From contig NC_043001.1 in assembly GCF_006345805.1 (NCBI RefSeq), forward strand, positions 64,170,001-64,234,000: a stretch of DNA of 64,000 nucleotides, read 5' to 3'. The position numbers were made by a program, and so were the translations under genes. The notes beneath the pieces were generated by a model. That model did not search any database and had not been told where the DNA came from. It was given only the letters and a program-made list of their open reading frames with translations. Source of the stretch: Octopus sinensis. Lineage: Eukaryota. This document shows positions 1 to 13,842 of the stretch, piece after piece. Each line of letters opens with the position of its first letter. The stretch's first letter is position 1.

Positions 1-1179
1 TTCCTTTTTAAAACTGTAGGGTTTGAATTGAAAGAGATTTAGCATAGAGACTCTCTTGTTATCTCATGATGAGTTACGCACTGACTTAATACAGGGATAT
101 AAACACCGCAATAGTGTACAACTACTAAAATACACACACGCATGCATGCATGCACAACACACAATAAAATAAGCCACTATTATGAAATATAGTTGAGCAA
201 TAATTCTTCAATATACAACCTTGTTACATTACATGTTCAGACACTTGATATTACATGATATCCTTCCAGCTATAGATGAGCCAACAGTCAAGTATTTGAT
301 TTCAAAGACTGTCACGCATCCCCTCTACACCTACCCAACAAACTTATTATTGTAGCTGTGTGTTAGTGTTAGAAACAATATAGTCGAAAAGAGTACCAAT
401 TAAAGAAGATACAAGTCCTGAGGTTTACCAGGAGACCTTCATCATTTCAAAATAAAAAAATTGTACAATGCCTATGTCCAGTCTCATCATCAATGCTGAG
501 GGTCAGGTACCATGGATGCATGCACCATTTCTCTTCATCGATATCTGCCTCTGGCCATGGCTCTTCATTTCTCATTGACTCTTCCATCCAGCACCACCCT
601 AAATTGGTGACCATTCGACACTGGAATATTTCTTTTGGAAATATTCTCTAAAAAAATTTATAGCATAATTATGCTACAGAAAGTATATTTTGACCCTAGA
701 TGATATACATTTTGCAACACTTGAACCTTGTGTGTGTACATTTTGCTGTTTTGAATTTTATTGCTTCATGACATTAGTTAGAAGTTCCTGCCTGGATATA
801 TCATCATTACGTATAGCCTCAAACTAGAACAAGACGTTTATAAATGCTGACTTTTCAATGAATTTCTTTTACCCAAGAGATACTGCAATTTGGAATACAG
901 AATTACAGCCTTTACTTGAAGCAATTTTTTCTTACAACAGCGCCCTTCATATAATTGTTTTGTTCATTTTCTTCTAAACCATTTATACGACTTCTTCAAA
1001 GTTTTTCAAAATGGCTGCCCGTCTTGTTCAAGTTTTCTTTTGTTGTGGGACCTCGTGGAGTTTTGTACCTGTGCAGAGATGCCGAACGTGCATGCTGCAT
1101 CTTACTGTTGCTTAAATTTTTCCCACTCACCACCACTGAAGAAGATGGCTTCCGATTTCTATCAACATTTGTGTTATTG

Positions 1180-1810
1180 AGGACATTGGTCCTCCAACTT
1201 TTCATCAGTTGTGCCACTGCCTCAAGTTACCTACTATCGTTGATTCACTCCTCACTGCGCTGGACTTCTTTCTCCACTCACTGAGCATCTAAAAAGTCTG
1301 TGCATGACGAATGACACCATTTTGCTAACTCCTACTCAACTCAAAGCTTTTGATGCTGTAAAGCACTCTCTCTACAGCATCCCTCCTTGTGTTCTGTTTC
1401 TCTGATGCAAAGCTTTCGCTTGTGGTTAATGCATCAGACACTGCAATCATGCTGTATTACAGTCCTTTCATCAGCAACACTTGCAACCTCTTACCTCCTC
1501 TGGACTCACTCAAGATTTCTTCACCTGAATTTGTGATGTGTAAACTCCATACTTGCCTGTGTCAACCTCTGCAGATCCTGTGACATCTTGACAGATTCGC
1601 CTTGTCTCTTCATCCCACTGACTCATTGACGAGCTGTTTTTTAAGCCCTGCTTACTCCGCTTCCGTCACATCCACTTTGATCTTGTTGGACCCTGGCCTG
1701 TTAGTCTTGGATACGCTTCTATTCTCACTCGGTAACCTGACACCATGCCTGTAATTGATATTTCTTACTCTGTGGCACGAGCCCTGGTATCAGGCTGGTT
1801 ATTGCGTTAT
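1180..1810 (+). mobile_element. Ty3/Gypsy pol remnant (RNase H + integrase fragments), heavily deleted
   Basis: LSLVVNASDTAI (RNase H DAS motif, ORF 1389); about 1658-1730 reads RFRHIHFDLVGPWPVSLGYASILT (integrase core start); many stops/frameshifts. Confidence 0.7.
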
Positions 1811-2134
1811 AGACTTCTCTCACACTCACTGCTCTATACACGTTATTTTTGATAGACAAGAGGACTTTGCAACACTATATACATAAGCTGGCCCAGAGTA
1901 CCTGCTATTTTCTCATTTTTGTACTTGCCTTTTCAAACATTTACATTGTCTTTTGTCTGTAAAATTTTTCAACGTTCATATAAACATGCCTGCACCCAGC
2001 TATACACATTGCACCATAATATCGTGCTCATATTGAGTTGTTTCCATCATGTCTGTGCCCGCTCAGGTCCTTTGCCCAGCACCTTGTATGTCAGATACTA
2101 TTTCATGCTCCTTGCGCTCTTGTCAGACACATAG

Positions 2135-2295
2135 CGTGATGCCCTATACTAACTCTGCTAGTAAGTATCTGAGTTCTTCTTTAACGTTGGCGCAAATAGC
2201 AAGAAGAATTAGTGGACGGTATTCCAACCAATTATTGGTGTCAGAATATGCTTTGGCTGCAGACTTTAGCTGCTTGTCAAAACGTTCGACCATGC
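2135..2295 (-). mobile_element. Gypsy integrase fragment, paralogous to 3590-3745
   Basis: Minus strand reads MVERFDKQLKSAAKAYSDTNNWLEYRPLILLAI...AELV*G; closely similar DNA at 3590-3745. Confidence 0.7.
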
Positions 2296-3153
2296 TTCAA
2301 CTTTAAGGCAATTGAACTCATGTAGTAAGTGAAACCAAATCTATTCATGTCTTCCACTATATTCTTGTCAGACTGAGGTATAAAATTTACTGTTTGTACA
2401 CAGTAAAAGTTCCTATTTCACAGTATTGTTCAGCATTCTAAATGTCTGTAAAATAAATTGTTTTATTAGAACATAACAAGAAATTATTGCCTTCTGATTC
2501 TTTCTGCACACAGTTGACTTTCTTCATTATGATATTCTTGAATGAAACTAATGTTTGTACCATTTGAATTTATCATGGTTATTTGAATGTATTTTCTGAC
2601 AACCTTTGCATATTGATTTACAAGGTGTTTAATAACTTTCTGCACCATGTCATATTACTTTTTGATAAACACCTTTCTTGATAAGAACCATTCTCTGTTC
2701 CTTCTCTACTCACACAATTGCATGTTAGTTCCTGTGGAGATTAATTAAACAGAATTACAATTTTACCATTCACGTTCAATCTCTTTCAGGATAAAATAAA
2801 GGGTTGTATGCTATATTGAGTCGAAAGTCGTTTTGTACTCTATAAAGACTGTGTACAGAGAGACATTGAATCCTCACACTTTTTCTTTAAGTTGAATACT
2901 CAGTCTCTTGCTCCTATTTTCTTTCAAAATCCCATTTGTATTTCTATAAACTGTTCCTCCATGATCTTCTTTGTCGTCTGTAGCAAGATCCTCAGAAAGA
3001 TATTGTTTATGTGATAGATAAGAGCAATGATGCAATGACATGCATTTGGTGGCTTCTGAAACTTTCAGTATTGGAATGATTATCGATCTGATCAGTATCA
3101 GGGATGTTATTGCAGAGTTTGCAATGAACAACTATTCTGTATAGGAGGTACAG

Positions 3154-3184
<31 letters not shown>

Positions 3185-3589
3185 TGTGTGTGTAACTGAG
3201 TAATCTTATAAATATATCTACACAAACAGCCTGTCCACATTCAGTGAGATTTTTTATTTTGTGTTAACTAATATTTTTATGTAGGCACCAGAGAACCCGA
3301 TTTCACACTCTATCCCTGAAAACATTTTGAATACTTCATATAAATGTGGCAGAACATCACATAATATTTACTACAAGAAACCTCTATCAACTGATATTAT
3401 CAAAGCAGTTAGTAAGCATAAACTCCTTCTGAGTGTTTAAGATCTAAAAACAATAAGTAATGTAGATAACCCCATAAGATCATAATCAATAAAAAATTTT
3501 TGAACAACATAAATGATGAACATAAGTTGCTGGGTTTGGAAAATCCTGTGAGGAAACAGGAGTGACCATATGATGAGGTAAGGTCAGCG

Positions 3590-6500
3590 TGATGCCGTAT
3601 ACTAACTCTGCTAGTAAGTATTGAGTTCTTCTTTAACATTGGCGTGAATAGCAAGAAGAATTAGTGGAAGGTATTTCAACCAGTTATTGGTGTCAGGATA
3701 TGCTTTGGCTGCAGACTTTAGCTGCATGTCAAAACGTTTGACCATGTTATTTGTCACAGTATGGTAGGCTCATGACCATCACAGGTGCACTGAAATGCGA
3801 TATCCAGTGAAAAACTAGAGTTTTTGCAAGTTAGTAGATGTGTAGCATGACACAAGAAGCCAGTGCCAATTTGTGCAAGATCTCACTGGCAGCCATTACC
3901 ATGTCCGAGACAAGAGCAAGATCTTGCCTACAACCATATTTGCCATGTGCAAGACCACAGCGAGGCTCTCGTGGGCAACATCTATTTAAAGTGATTTTCT
4001 CTCTTGCGTTCGCACTCACCCTGAGCAACACTACAAACTGGCAGCTCACAGCAAATTCTTGTCCAGCTCTAACTTCACCCGTTATTTCCAGAGTTAATGT
4101 ACCTCACGTGAACGGAGCTTTAACAAACCACGTGCTGCCATACAGATGGTTGCCGGGAGTGAACCTCATGAATGAGAACTAAATAAACAACCATTGAATT
4201 GCATCCACATGTAAGTTCCAGATATCATGAATCTTCGCGATCTATTATAGGTGCATACAATTCTAAGAAAGAGGCAGAGGTTCGACAATGTTGATGTGTA
4301 CATGCTGGAAACATGCACCGGGTGTCACAAAGTACCGAGTGGGAACTTAATATGGCAGGGAATTTTGCCTTTTGGCACACAACATAACACTTGGCTTAAG
4401 TACAAATGTCCCTGTTGATATTGGCCCACACAAAACGGGTTGATATCCACTTCTGCATAGAATGGATACCTGGATGTGATAGACAGTGTAAAGTGGAGAA
4501 AATCTACTGTCAATGTTTCTCTGGTACATAAGGGCGTTGGTGACTGGTGGAGGTGTTGCACCAAATATGATGGGTGGAAGAAGGTAAGGGAACTAGCTAG
4601 AATTTCAGGTTGATAAATTCCAAAACTTTATAAGCTCTTTGTCATTCTCCTGGTTAGCTGTGATTTGCTGAAGATCACTAGCAGTCAGTGGGTGTACTGC
4701 ATTAAGTTGTATGTGTGAAAATGCACTAGTTGCTCTGTTGGCTGAACCTTTGATGTGATGAGTGTCCGTGTCCATAGTATACTGTCATATAAAGTCGAAG
4801 TAGTGAACTTATTTAGGTGAGTGGTGATCAGGCTTCGTGCTAAAAGTGTGTACAGGTAGTGTGTAATCTGTATAGATAGTGAGAATAGATCCTTCTAGCC
4901 TATGATGAAAATTTTGACAGACAGATACACAGCCAATAATTCAGGCCCGAAAGTACAGCATTTAGATTCAACGGGTTGTAGCCACTTTGAAAAGAAGGAT
5001 AAGAGTTGCCAAACATGTCAACCAATTACAGTCGTACACCTCCGACTCCAACATGAAATGCATTTATCAGCAAACAAAGGGAAAACCAGGTTTGGGACAT
5101 ACTAGCTTCTTAGTCTTAGCCAACATCCTTTAATTAAAGATAAAAGCCTAACACTTTTTCATTTAAGGCTATAGTGTGGTTTTTCTTTGTTCTGCATTGA
5201 AAAGTGATCTGTGAGTAGTTCAGCTGCTGGTGCACAGTGAGAGATGACTAGCCAATGAAGATTTATTGATCAGAGAAACTCACACAGTGTCTGAATAGAT
5301 GCAGGTGTAGGAAAATTTACTATGGCCTCCACTTTATTGGGAAGAGGACAAATTCCATCTTTATCCACAATGTGACTGAGGAAGGATAGAAATAAATCTC
5401 TGAAACACACACTTACTAGTGTTAATCAGGATGTCATATTCTGCCAATCGTTGAAAAAGCAGATCTAAATGTTTTTCATGTTTCTCTTTGGAATTACTCA
5501 CCACAAATAATCTATATAAGCATAGATAAAAGGCAGACCACATGTCACGGTATCGATAAAGCACTGAAATGTCTGCGTGGCATTATGCAGGCTGACAGGC
5601 ATTCGCAAAAACTTGAACAATTCAAAAGGTGTGGTAATGGCTGTTTTCGGAATATCAGTAGCTTCAACTGGGATCTGATTATAAGGACACACAACATCAA
5701 TTTTAGAGAATATGCACACTTCATGAAGTGAGCAAGAAAAATTGTGAAAGTGAGGTATGGGGTAAGTATCGGATACTGTGTAGTTGTTGGTTGATCAATA
5801 GTTATCGCTTTATCACTTTCTTTGGTACTAAATGTAGTGGAGGTGACCAGTTGCTGCCAGATGGGTGAATGATTCTGAGGTCTAACATGTGCTGAAATTC
5901 CTGTTTAGCAACCTCCAAATGATCAGGAGGCAGTACCTCTAGAGTGGTCATTCTCAATGAAAAGGTGACTTGTATTACGAGAAACACAAATATTCGCCAC
6001 CCTTAAACCCTGGCTTCCTCATTTCCTGAACTGGTTTTTGCCTTGATGAGGTGGGCTGCAAAACATTAGGGCCTATATCTGTGCTGAAAGTGCCTGAATT
6101 TGTATGGCTTGTGTCAATAGTGTGTGGAGGACACAGCAAAAGGATTGGTAGAAGATACTGCCTGTGTCACCAGCTAGTTCTTCAACATATGCTGACTCTT
6201 TGGTGGATGTGAGGATAACCTGTGTATTGGAGAGCAGACACTTAATAAAGTGTTGCTTAAAGAAGTGTATGCTCACCAAGAAGCTGCTTCATCCATCACA
6301 AGATGGTTTCTTTATCACCCAATTCCTTCGATATCAGTTGATATCCAAGGAATGGTTGATTGGAACCATTTTTGCTGTGAGACGGATCCCATTTAATCAA
6401 TTCCCTAAGACACAGAATTGGGCGAGGTTATTATCAAGTCCCTCACCTCCATTATGACATCTAATGGAAGTGATCTGATTATTTATGTATGACTCGTTAA

Positions 6501-6660
6501 CTATCTGGCTTGAAGCAAATTGAACTTTGATGTGAGCAAACCAGAGTGCAGAGTCATGAGACCAGAATGGTGGCACTTTCAAAGAAATAGCTGCTTGTGC
6601 AACTGCTATATCTACCAATGAAGAGTGTGCTGATACAACATGATTTGTTTGGGACATAGA
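3590..6660 (-). mobile_element. Decayed Ty3/Gypsy LTR retrotransposon internal region (gag-RT-RH-IN)
   Basis: gag LKVPPFWSHDSALWFAHIKVQF (6397-6657); [40 protein letters not shown] (5361-5987); integrase HPGI..FVW..C..CQKAK (about 4350-4500) and MVERF-like segment (about 3740). Confidence 0.85.
3745..4189. mobile_element. Candidate solo LTR inserted in the Gypsy integrase
   Basis: About 445 bp of unrelated sequence between the N-G and M-V codons of integrase; ends TGTTATTT...AAATAAACA; ACCA on both sides; internal TATTTAAA; boundary ambiguous. Confidence 0.35.
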
Positions 6661-7909
6661 TGGTAAAAAGTTTGATCAAGAATTCCGAATAGTTCAATTT
6701 TTGTGTTCAGTAGTTGAAGGCTGCAGTTGTTTCTTCACAGAAATGCAACAGCTTAAAAATGTCAGCAAGCCACCAAATGTAATAGGTTATGATACTTATT
6801 AGATTGTTCAATCTCCATGAGTCAGTGTAATATGCACCATAATAATCAACATGAAGAAGAAAGATATTGCTTACAATTTTTATTTTCTTGTGAACTCCAC
6901 CTATATGAAAGATATACAAAAGGTCTGTAGTAGTTGACTGTTTAACAGTAGTAAAGGGAGAATAACAATGATAAAGCTCATGCACCCTGTGCATCACTTA
7001 GGAAGAGCTGCTTGCTAGAGAGTGAATGGTGTGCTGTGTGTAAGTGTGGAAGCAAAAAGACTGTCCCCTAATATTTGGTGAGGGTTCATATTTATTGGAA
7101 AGCTGAATGTATGTCAGAGAACAAAGGAAAGTAAATTATTTTATGTATGTTAATCTGCTTTTGACCTAAGATTGTTAACTCAAACACTGGAACCAAAATA
7201 AGTGTGATTGGTGACCTCATAAATTTCCTCATGCTAATGTTGAGAACAATGTAAAGGATCTCGTAGAAAAATCTAGGCTAAGGGGCTTAGAATCCAAGAA
7301 ATGATTTCTTACACATGTATATATTCTACATTGTTTCTATCTGTTTCATATTTACAGCTTTGTTTCCAAATAATATATTGTTATTTGTACTTAACATTTA
7401 TTTTAGAAATGGAACATCCATTATACTTTTAAGTTTACAGAAGGTTCTTTCAACAGCTACCAACTTCTTTCAGTAGACACCAGCTTATTGCAGATTAGAA
7501 TGTAAAATGTATATATAGACACTTCTCCCATACCAATAGATCTGACAAAATATTTAATAGACATACCCTGAGCTTATCCCTTAGCTGTGCACCTAGTGTA
7601 AAAAAAGATTTTAGTAGAAAGACCCAGACCCGAGGTGTATGTGTGTGTGGGGGGGGGGGGGCGCATTAAAAACATTTTATAACATATTCTTTCTTTTAAT
7701 TATAAATGGAAAAAGAGAGAAAATGCAAGGGAAATTAATTTTGGCAGTAAGGACTAAATCCCTTGTTTCATTATCACAATTAAAAAGAAATTCATTGTGC
7801 AAGTTCATTTCTGTAAATGTTTATCTTGTGACCCCCCCCCCCATACACACACTTGCACATATATACATGCGGATATAATTGGATTAAGTCCCATTTTGGA
7901 AGTATTATT

Positions 7910-8095
7910 CTTTTATTCTTTTATTTGTTTTAGTCATTTGACTGCAGCCATGCTGGATCACAGCCTTAAGTCAAACAAATTGACCCCAGAGCTTATTCTA
8001 TCATTCTCTTTTGCTCAACCACTAAGTTATGGAAATTTAAACACACCAACATTGGTTGTCAAGCGACGGCGGGGGGACAAAAACAAACGCACAAA
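7910..8095 (-). mobile_element. tRNA-derived SINE family A, 3' half
   Basis: Reverse complement of the 3' half of the full copy at 36575-36975 (gtcatttgactgcagccatgctgg tail). Confidence 0.7.
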
Positions 8096-8111
8096 TACAT
8101 ACATACATACA

Positions 8112-8525
8112 TCTATTATATAAAATCTGTTCTGTCTGTCTGGGTGTGTGTCTTCTAGGATCTCAGGTATCCTCCATCCAATTACACTCAAATTTGATAT
8201 GTAGATAGTGACGGTATCAGAGCGTGTATAAGTCTTGAAAAAATTACAAAAATCGATTCCAGGTGAGAATGTGATTGATAAAGCCGTGGGAACGTGCATT
8301 TGTACATCAGCTGTTGCGTTCGATACTACACGTACGCGAGAAAAAAATATTTAAGAGACCAAAAAAGTAAAATGCAAAAGAGATATTTTCTTCAAACTTG
8401 GCATGAAGGAAAGACTATTTGGTTTCTTAGTTACCTAGGTTGTTGGTTTTCATCAAAAATCTCAAAGGGGCAGCCTATGGGATGTCGGACAAGTTGTTTT
8501 AAGAAAATTTGGTTTAAATGTTTGA
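8112..8525 (+). mobile_element. Helitron-like 5' segment
   Basis: A|TCTATTATATAAAA start typical of Helitron 5' termini; no 3' CTRR end found before the microsatellite. Confidence 0.4.
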
Positions 8526-8528
8526 CAA

Positions 8529-8543
8529 TTATATATATATATG

Positions 8544-8598
<55 letters not shown>

Positions 8599-8751
8599 TA
8601 TATATTATATACATATATATATATACATATATATATACATATATATATATACATATATATATATATACATATATATACATATATATATATACATATATAT
8701 ATATATACATATATATATATACATATATATACATACATATATATATACATA
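8529..8751. repeat. (TA)n/(TATACA)n microsatellite
   Basis: Direct inspection; source of spurious YIYI ORFs. Confidence 0.95.
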
Positions 8752-9007
8752 TCTCTTATTATAAAAGGCAGATTTTATCTGCCTCCCTTTGTCTCTTATA
8801 GAAATCTACAATATAGGATTTCTTCAATTACAATTTACCTAGCATTTTTAAGAGTAGAATACATCGGGTTGTGCCAGGTCCAGTTTTTCAAATTTCAACC
8901 CCAATTAAGCAAAATTTAGAGAAAACTCACATTGTGGTGTGTAAGTGAAGTGCTTTTCTTAGTGTGGGCTACAGCACACACACACACACATATACATATA
9001 TATATAC

Positions 9008-9038
<31 letters not shown>

Positions 9039-9375
9039 CATATATATACATATATATATATATATACATATATATATACATATATAATATACATATATAT
9101 ATTATACATATATATACATACATATATATATACATATCTCTTATTATAAAAGGCAGATTTTATCTGCCTCCCTTTGTCTCTTATAGAAATCTACAATATA
9201 GGATTTCTTCAATTACAATTTACCTAGCATTTTTAAGAGTAGAATACATCGGGTCGTGCCAGGTCCAGTTTTTCAAATTTCAACCCCAATTTAAGCAAAA
9301 TTTAGAGAAAACTCACATTGTGGTGTGTAAGTGAAGTACTTTTCTTAGTGTGGGCTACAGCACACACACACGCAC
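8752..9375 (+). repeat. Tandem duplication (period 385 bp) of a Helitron-like 5' segment plus microsatellite
   Basis: A|TCTCTTATTATAAAAGGCAG... at 8752 and 9137; near-identical for about 235 bp to gggctacagcacac. Confidence 0.8.
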
Positions 9376-10291
9376 ACACACACAAACGGAGCGAACTGCT
9401 TCACTGATGCTATCACCCTAATTTCTCCCACTTTCTCTTTGCAAGTGTACCTTAAACCACTACTCAAAAAAAAACAACACAGCAAACAGAAACAAATAAA
9501 TACATAACGATTTACTCCTCACACAATTTCTTCAATTAGAGTTTACCTATGATTTTTCAAAGTATTTCCATTCGGTCATGGCATACAAAATTTCTTTCAA
9601 TTTCACCCTCATTTCAGAAAAAATTCGAGAAAACTAAATATTTTACCATTTCACTCTTTCACTCTGCATTCCCACTTCCTCTTTACACACATAGACACGC
9701 AAATATATAAATAAAATTGTAAGCTAACGTGTGTGTGTGTGTGTGCGTGTGTGTGAGTGTGGTGTGTGTGTGCATGTGTGTGGGTGTGAGGGTGCGTGTG
9801 TGTGTGTGTGTGTGTGACACGCGAACTTCAAAAGAACTTCGCGCGCTATCTATCTGGTTTGCCATTCCTCACACACACGCATACACATACATATATGACA
9901 GTGACAAACACAAATGTTTCAAACAACTACATACAAACACTCAAACACACACACGTGTGTGTTTGTTATTAGTAAAAAAGGCACCAAACACAACTCACTT
10001 CTCATTTGAACACATTTTCAAAAACACACCGACGGTCGGATTGCCATAACAATACAGAAAAGGTAAATTGGTTTTTAATTTACCTTCTGTCGTTAAATTT
10101 TGGTAGTATTAATTGGCGAGCGTACTTCTGTTGTCAATTGTTGACAGAAAGAAATTGTAAGCTAATAAGGTGTGTGTGTGTGTGTGTAGGAAGTGAAGGA
10201 TAAAAATATTGCAAGAAGTGGACAGATGTACATATATACATCCATACATACATGTGTGTGTCTATGTATGTGTATTAATGTGTGTGTGTTA

Positions 10292-10650
10292 TCTCTATAT
10301 AAAGCTGAAGTTGTCTGTGTGCGCCACGTTTGGTAACCTTCAACTAACACTATCTCCTCCGAGACCCTGCGGCGCAAGTTGACCAAAATTGAGAGTATGA
10401 TAGAAGAAGGGTTGCTCTTCCTTCCGTAGAACATAAAATTCAAATCGGACCATGTTAACACCAAAAATTATTTACATCAAAAAGCTGCTTTTTTCTCTGA
10501 AAATCCCTATTTTTTTACGATTTTTTCACTGCTGTGTCGCCACTTTTCGGTATATTTCGACCAGAAAAATGTTCACAAAATTTTTACTTTTCAAAATTAC
10601 AATTCCAGCGGGTCGAAACAAACCCGAGCAACGCCGGACGATACTGCTAG
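10292..10650 (+). mobile_element. Non-autonomous Helitron (359 bp)
   Basis: 5' A|TCTCTATATAAA; subterminal hairpin CCG-A-GC-AAC-GC-CGG (10624-10637); 3' CTAG|T; inserted between A and T without TSD. Confidence 0.75.
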
Positions 10651-10661
10651 TATATATATAT

Positions 10662-10713
<52 letters not shown>

Positions 10714-10730
10714 TATGTGTGTGTGTGTGT

Positions 10731-13700
10731 CGATAAGTGCTGCAGCCAGGAAGTAAGGTGGAGAGGAAGTTCCGCTAGGTTCCTCACAGGCAAAGTACAC
10801 AGGTACAAGATTTTCTGGGCAGGAAACACTGACGGGGTCAGGGGGGCATAGGTATACTTCTTGTGGAGAAATGGGTGGATAAGGTAATCGAGGTAATCAG
10901 AGTATGCGTAGTAGAATACTTAAGATTAGATTAGTGCTTCATCATGGGTTAGCAACTATTATCTCGGCCTATGCCCCTCAGCTGGGGCTACCCGATGGAC
11001 AGAAAGACTGATTCTATGACACCCTCTTGCAGACTACCTCGTTGACGAATGGAGGCTACGGTTTTGGTTCCCGCAATAATGAGGTTAACCAGACTGCTGG
11101 AGTTCTGCAATGCAAATGATCTTATGGTTTGCAATACTAACTTCAGGAAACCTGCTAGTCACCTAGTCGCCTACCGTTCATATTACTCGAAGCCTTTGAT
11201 GAAATAGAAGGGGATATAGCTTCACATGATGTAGAAGACAACTGGAGGTTTCTACGGGGCAACCTGCTGAGGGCCACTGACCAGATCTGTGGATGATGCA
11301 AAGTCCCCTCTCAACCCAAAATAACGTGGTGGTGGAACAATGTTGTGACAGGGCTATTAGAGAAAAGAAACAGGCTTGGAAGGACTGGAGAAATGGTGGT
11401 AGCAGTGAATTGTATCAGGCTGCCAGTAGGGAAGCTAGGAGACAGGTTTATTTAGCCAGAGGGGAAGCAGATAAGAACAAATTTGCCAATGTTCTGCACC
11501 GTGAGAACCAAAGACTTGAGGTATTTTGTGTTGCAAGACAGTGTGTGAGAGAGAATCGTGATGTTGCACTAAATGAAGCTGCAAAGAGAGAGGTTTGGAG
11601 ACGTCGCTACGAAAGGGTCTTAAGTAAAATGAATGAATGAGAGAAAGAGAGTCTGCCAAATGCCGACCCAACAGAGTGACCAGTTATCCGAGTTGACAGT
11701 ACCTTGGTAGATAAAAAAATTAGAGTATGAAGACAGGGAAAGCCCCAGCCCATCAGGAATCACTGCAGAGATGCTCAAAATATCTGGTAGTGTTGGCTAT
11801 AGCCTAGTCACCTGTATAGTTAACCAGGTGATACACGAAGGACTAATGCCTAATGACTGGTGTAGCAGCACTATAGTCAACTGCTACAAAGGTAAAGGTG
11901 ATGCTTCAGATACAAATAATTACAGAGGTATCAAGTTGTTGGATCAGGTAATGAAGATTACGGAGAGGGCCATAGCCCAACTAATTAAGGAGAAAGTCAG
12001 TTTAGATGAGATGCAGTTTGGTTTCGTGCCAGGGAAAAGCACCACTGATGCTATATTTCTGGTAAGACAGCTGCCGGAGAAATACCTAGCCAAAGATAAA
12101 CCTCTGTACCTGGCTTTCGTTGACATGGAGAAAGCCTTTGACAGGGTCCCCCAATCCCTTATCAGGTGGCCAATGAGGAAACTAGGGATAGATGAATGGT
12201 TAGTGAGAGCTGTGCAAGCCATGTACAGGGACGCTGTCAGTAAGGTGAGGGTGGGCAACGAGTACAGTGAAGAATTCCGGGTAGAGGTAGGGGTCCACCA
12301 AAGTTCAGTCCACAGCCCCCTCCTATTTATCAATTCAAGACAGAATGCCCCTGAGAGCTCCTCTATGCTGATGACCTTGCTCTAATTGCTGAGTCATTAT
12401 CAGAACTAGAGGAGAAGCTTCAGATGTGGAAACAAGGACTAGAATCGAAGGGCCTTAGAGTCAACCAAGCTAAAACCAAAGTCCTTATAAGTAGGAAGGC
12501 AGGCAAACCACAAATCCCTTTAAGTAGATGGCCCTGCTCAATCTGTAGAAAAGGCATAGATAGAAACTCTATAAGATGTACCCAGTGCAAGCTATGGACA
12601 CATAAGAGGTGCAGCAATGTCAAAGGAAGGCTAACTAGGAAGATAGTTTTTGTATGTGGCAGATGCTCAGGAGCAATAGATTCTGAAAATGTGCAGAGAA
12701 CAACCGCCACATTCCAGGGAGGAAAACTAGAAGTAGTTGATAGCTTCTGTTACCTAGGTGACCAAGTCAGTAGCGGAGGAGGGTGCGCTGAAAGTGTAGC
12801 TGCTAGAATGAGAATAGCCAGGGCAAAGTTCAGAGAGCTCTAACCTTTGCTGGTGACAAAGGGCCTCTCACTCAGATTAAAAGGTAGACTGTATGATGCA
12901 TGTGTATGAACAGCTATGCTACATGGCAGTGAAACATGGGCCATGACTGCTGAGGACATGTGTAAGCTCACAAGGAATGAAGGCAGTATGATCCGATGGA
13001 TGTGTAATGTCAGTGTGCATACTCGACAGAGTGTAAGTACCTTGAGATAAAAGTTGGAGCTAAGAAACATTAGATGTGGTGTGCAAGAGAGACGACTGTG
13101 CTGGTATGGTCATGTGGTGAGAATGGATGAGGATAGGTGTGTAAAAAGTGCCACACCCTAGCAGTTGAGGGAACCTATGGGAGAGGTAGACCCAGGAAAA
13201 CTGGGATGAAGTGGTGAAGCCTGACCTTCGAAAATTAGGCCTCACCAACGAAATGACTAGTGGCCGAGACCTTTGGAAATATGGTGTGCTTGACAAAACC
13301 CGGTAAGCCAAGTGAGACCATGACCTTGTGGCCTATGCCAGGGGTGTAACCAGCCCACTAATGCGTACCTTTCCTTCATTGGACACTAAACTCTGCTTGC
13401 AAAGACCTGTTGAGGCTTCCGTGAAGGTGGCACGTAAAAAGCACCATTTGAGCGTGATCGTTACCAGTGTCACCTTACTGGCCCTCATACTGGTGCGCGT
13501 GAAAAATTATTCAAGCAAGGTCATTGCCAGTGACACTAGACTGGCTCCTGTGCAGGTGGCACGTAAAAAAACACCATTTGAGCGTGGCCATTGCCAGTAC
13601 CGCCTGAGTGGCCAGTACCGCCTGAGTGGCCATTGCCAGTACCGCCGGTGGCACGTAAAAGCACCCACTACACTCACAGAGTGGTTGGCGTTAGGAAGGG

Positions 13701-13840
13701 CATCCAGCTGTAGAAACTCTGCCTGATCAGATTGGAGCCTGGTGCAGTCATCTGGTTCGCCAGTCCTCAGTCAAATCATCCAACCTATGCTAGCATGGAA
13801 AGCGGACGTTAAACGATGATGAGGATGATGATGATGATGA
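10731..13840 (+). mobile_element. RTE-clade LINE, decayed, APE through 3' (GAT)n tail
   Basis: APE remnants; RT NYRGIKLL, QFGFVPGKSTTDAIF, FVDMEKAFDRVP, GVHQ, LYADDL; C-terminal LHGSETW; tail gatgatgaggatgatgat. Confidence 0.92.
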
Positions 13841-13842
13841 TA

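Noticed and set aside
2600-3140. Possible minus-strand host exons (acceptor-like sites near 3137 and 2733; also 996-1190)
   Set aside because: All frames of the longer segment contain stops and no domain is recognisable; cannot be supported without RNA data.
8294-9149. YIYI/MYIY ORFs (also 10597-10829, 22918-23109, 43064-43502)
   Set aside because: Translations of (TA)n/(CA)n microsatellites, not genes.
12366-12380. CTGATGA matches here and near 27944 and 59870
   Set aside because: Inside protein-coding motifs (e.g. YADD) with no accompanying GAAA or stems seen.
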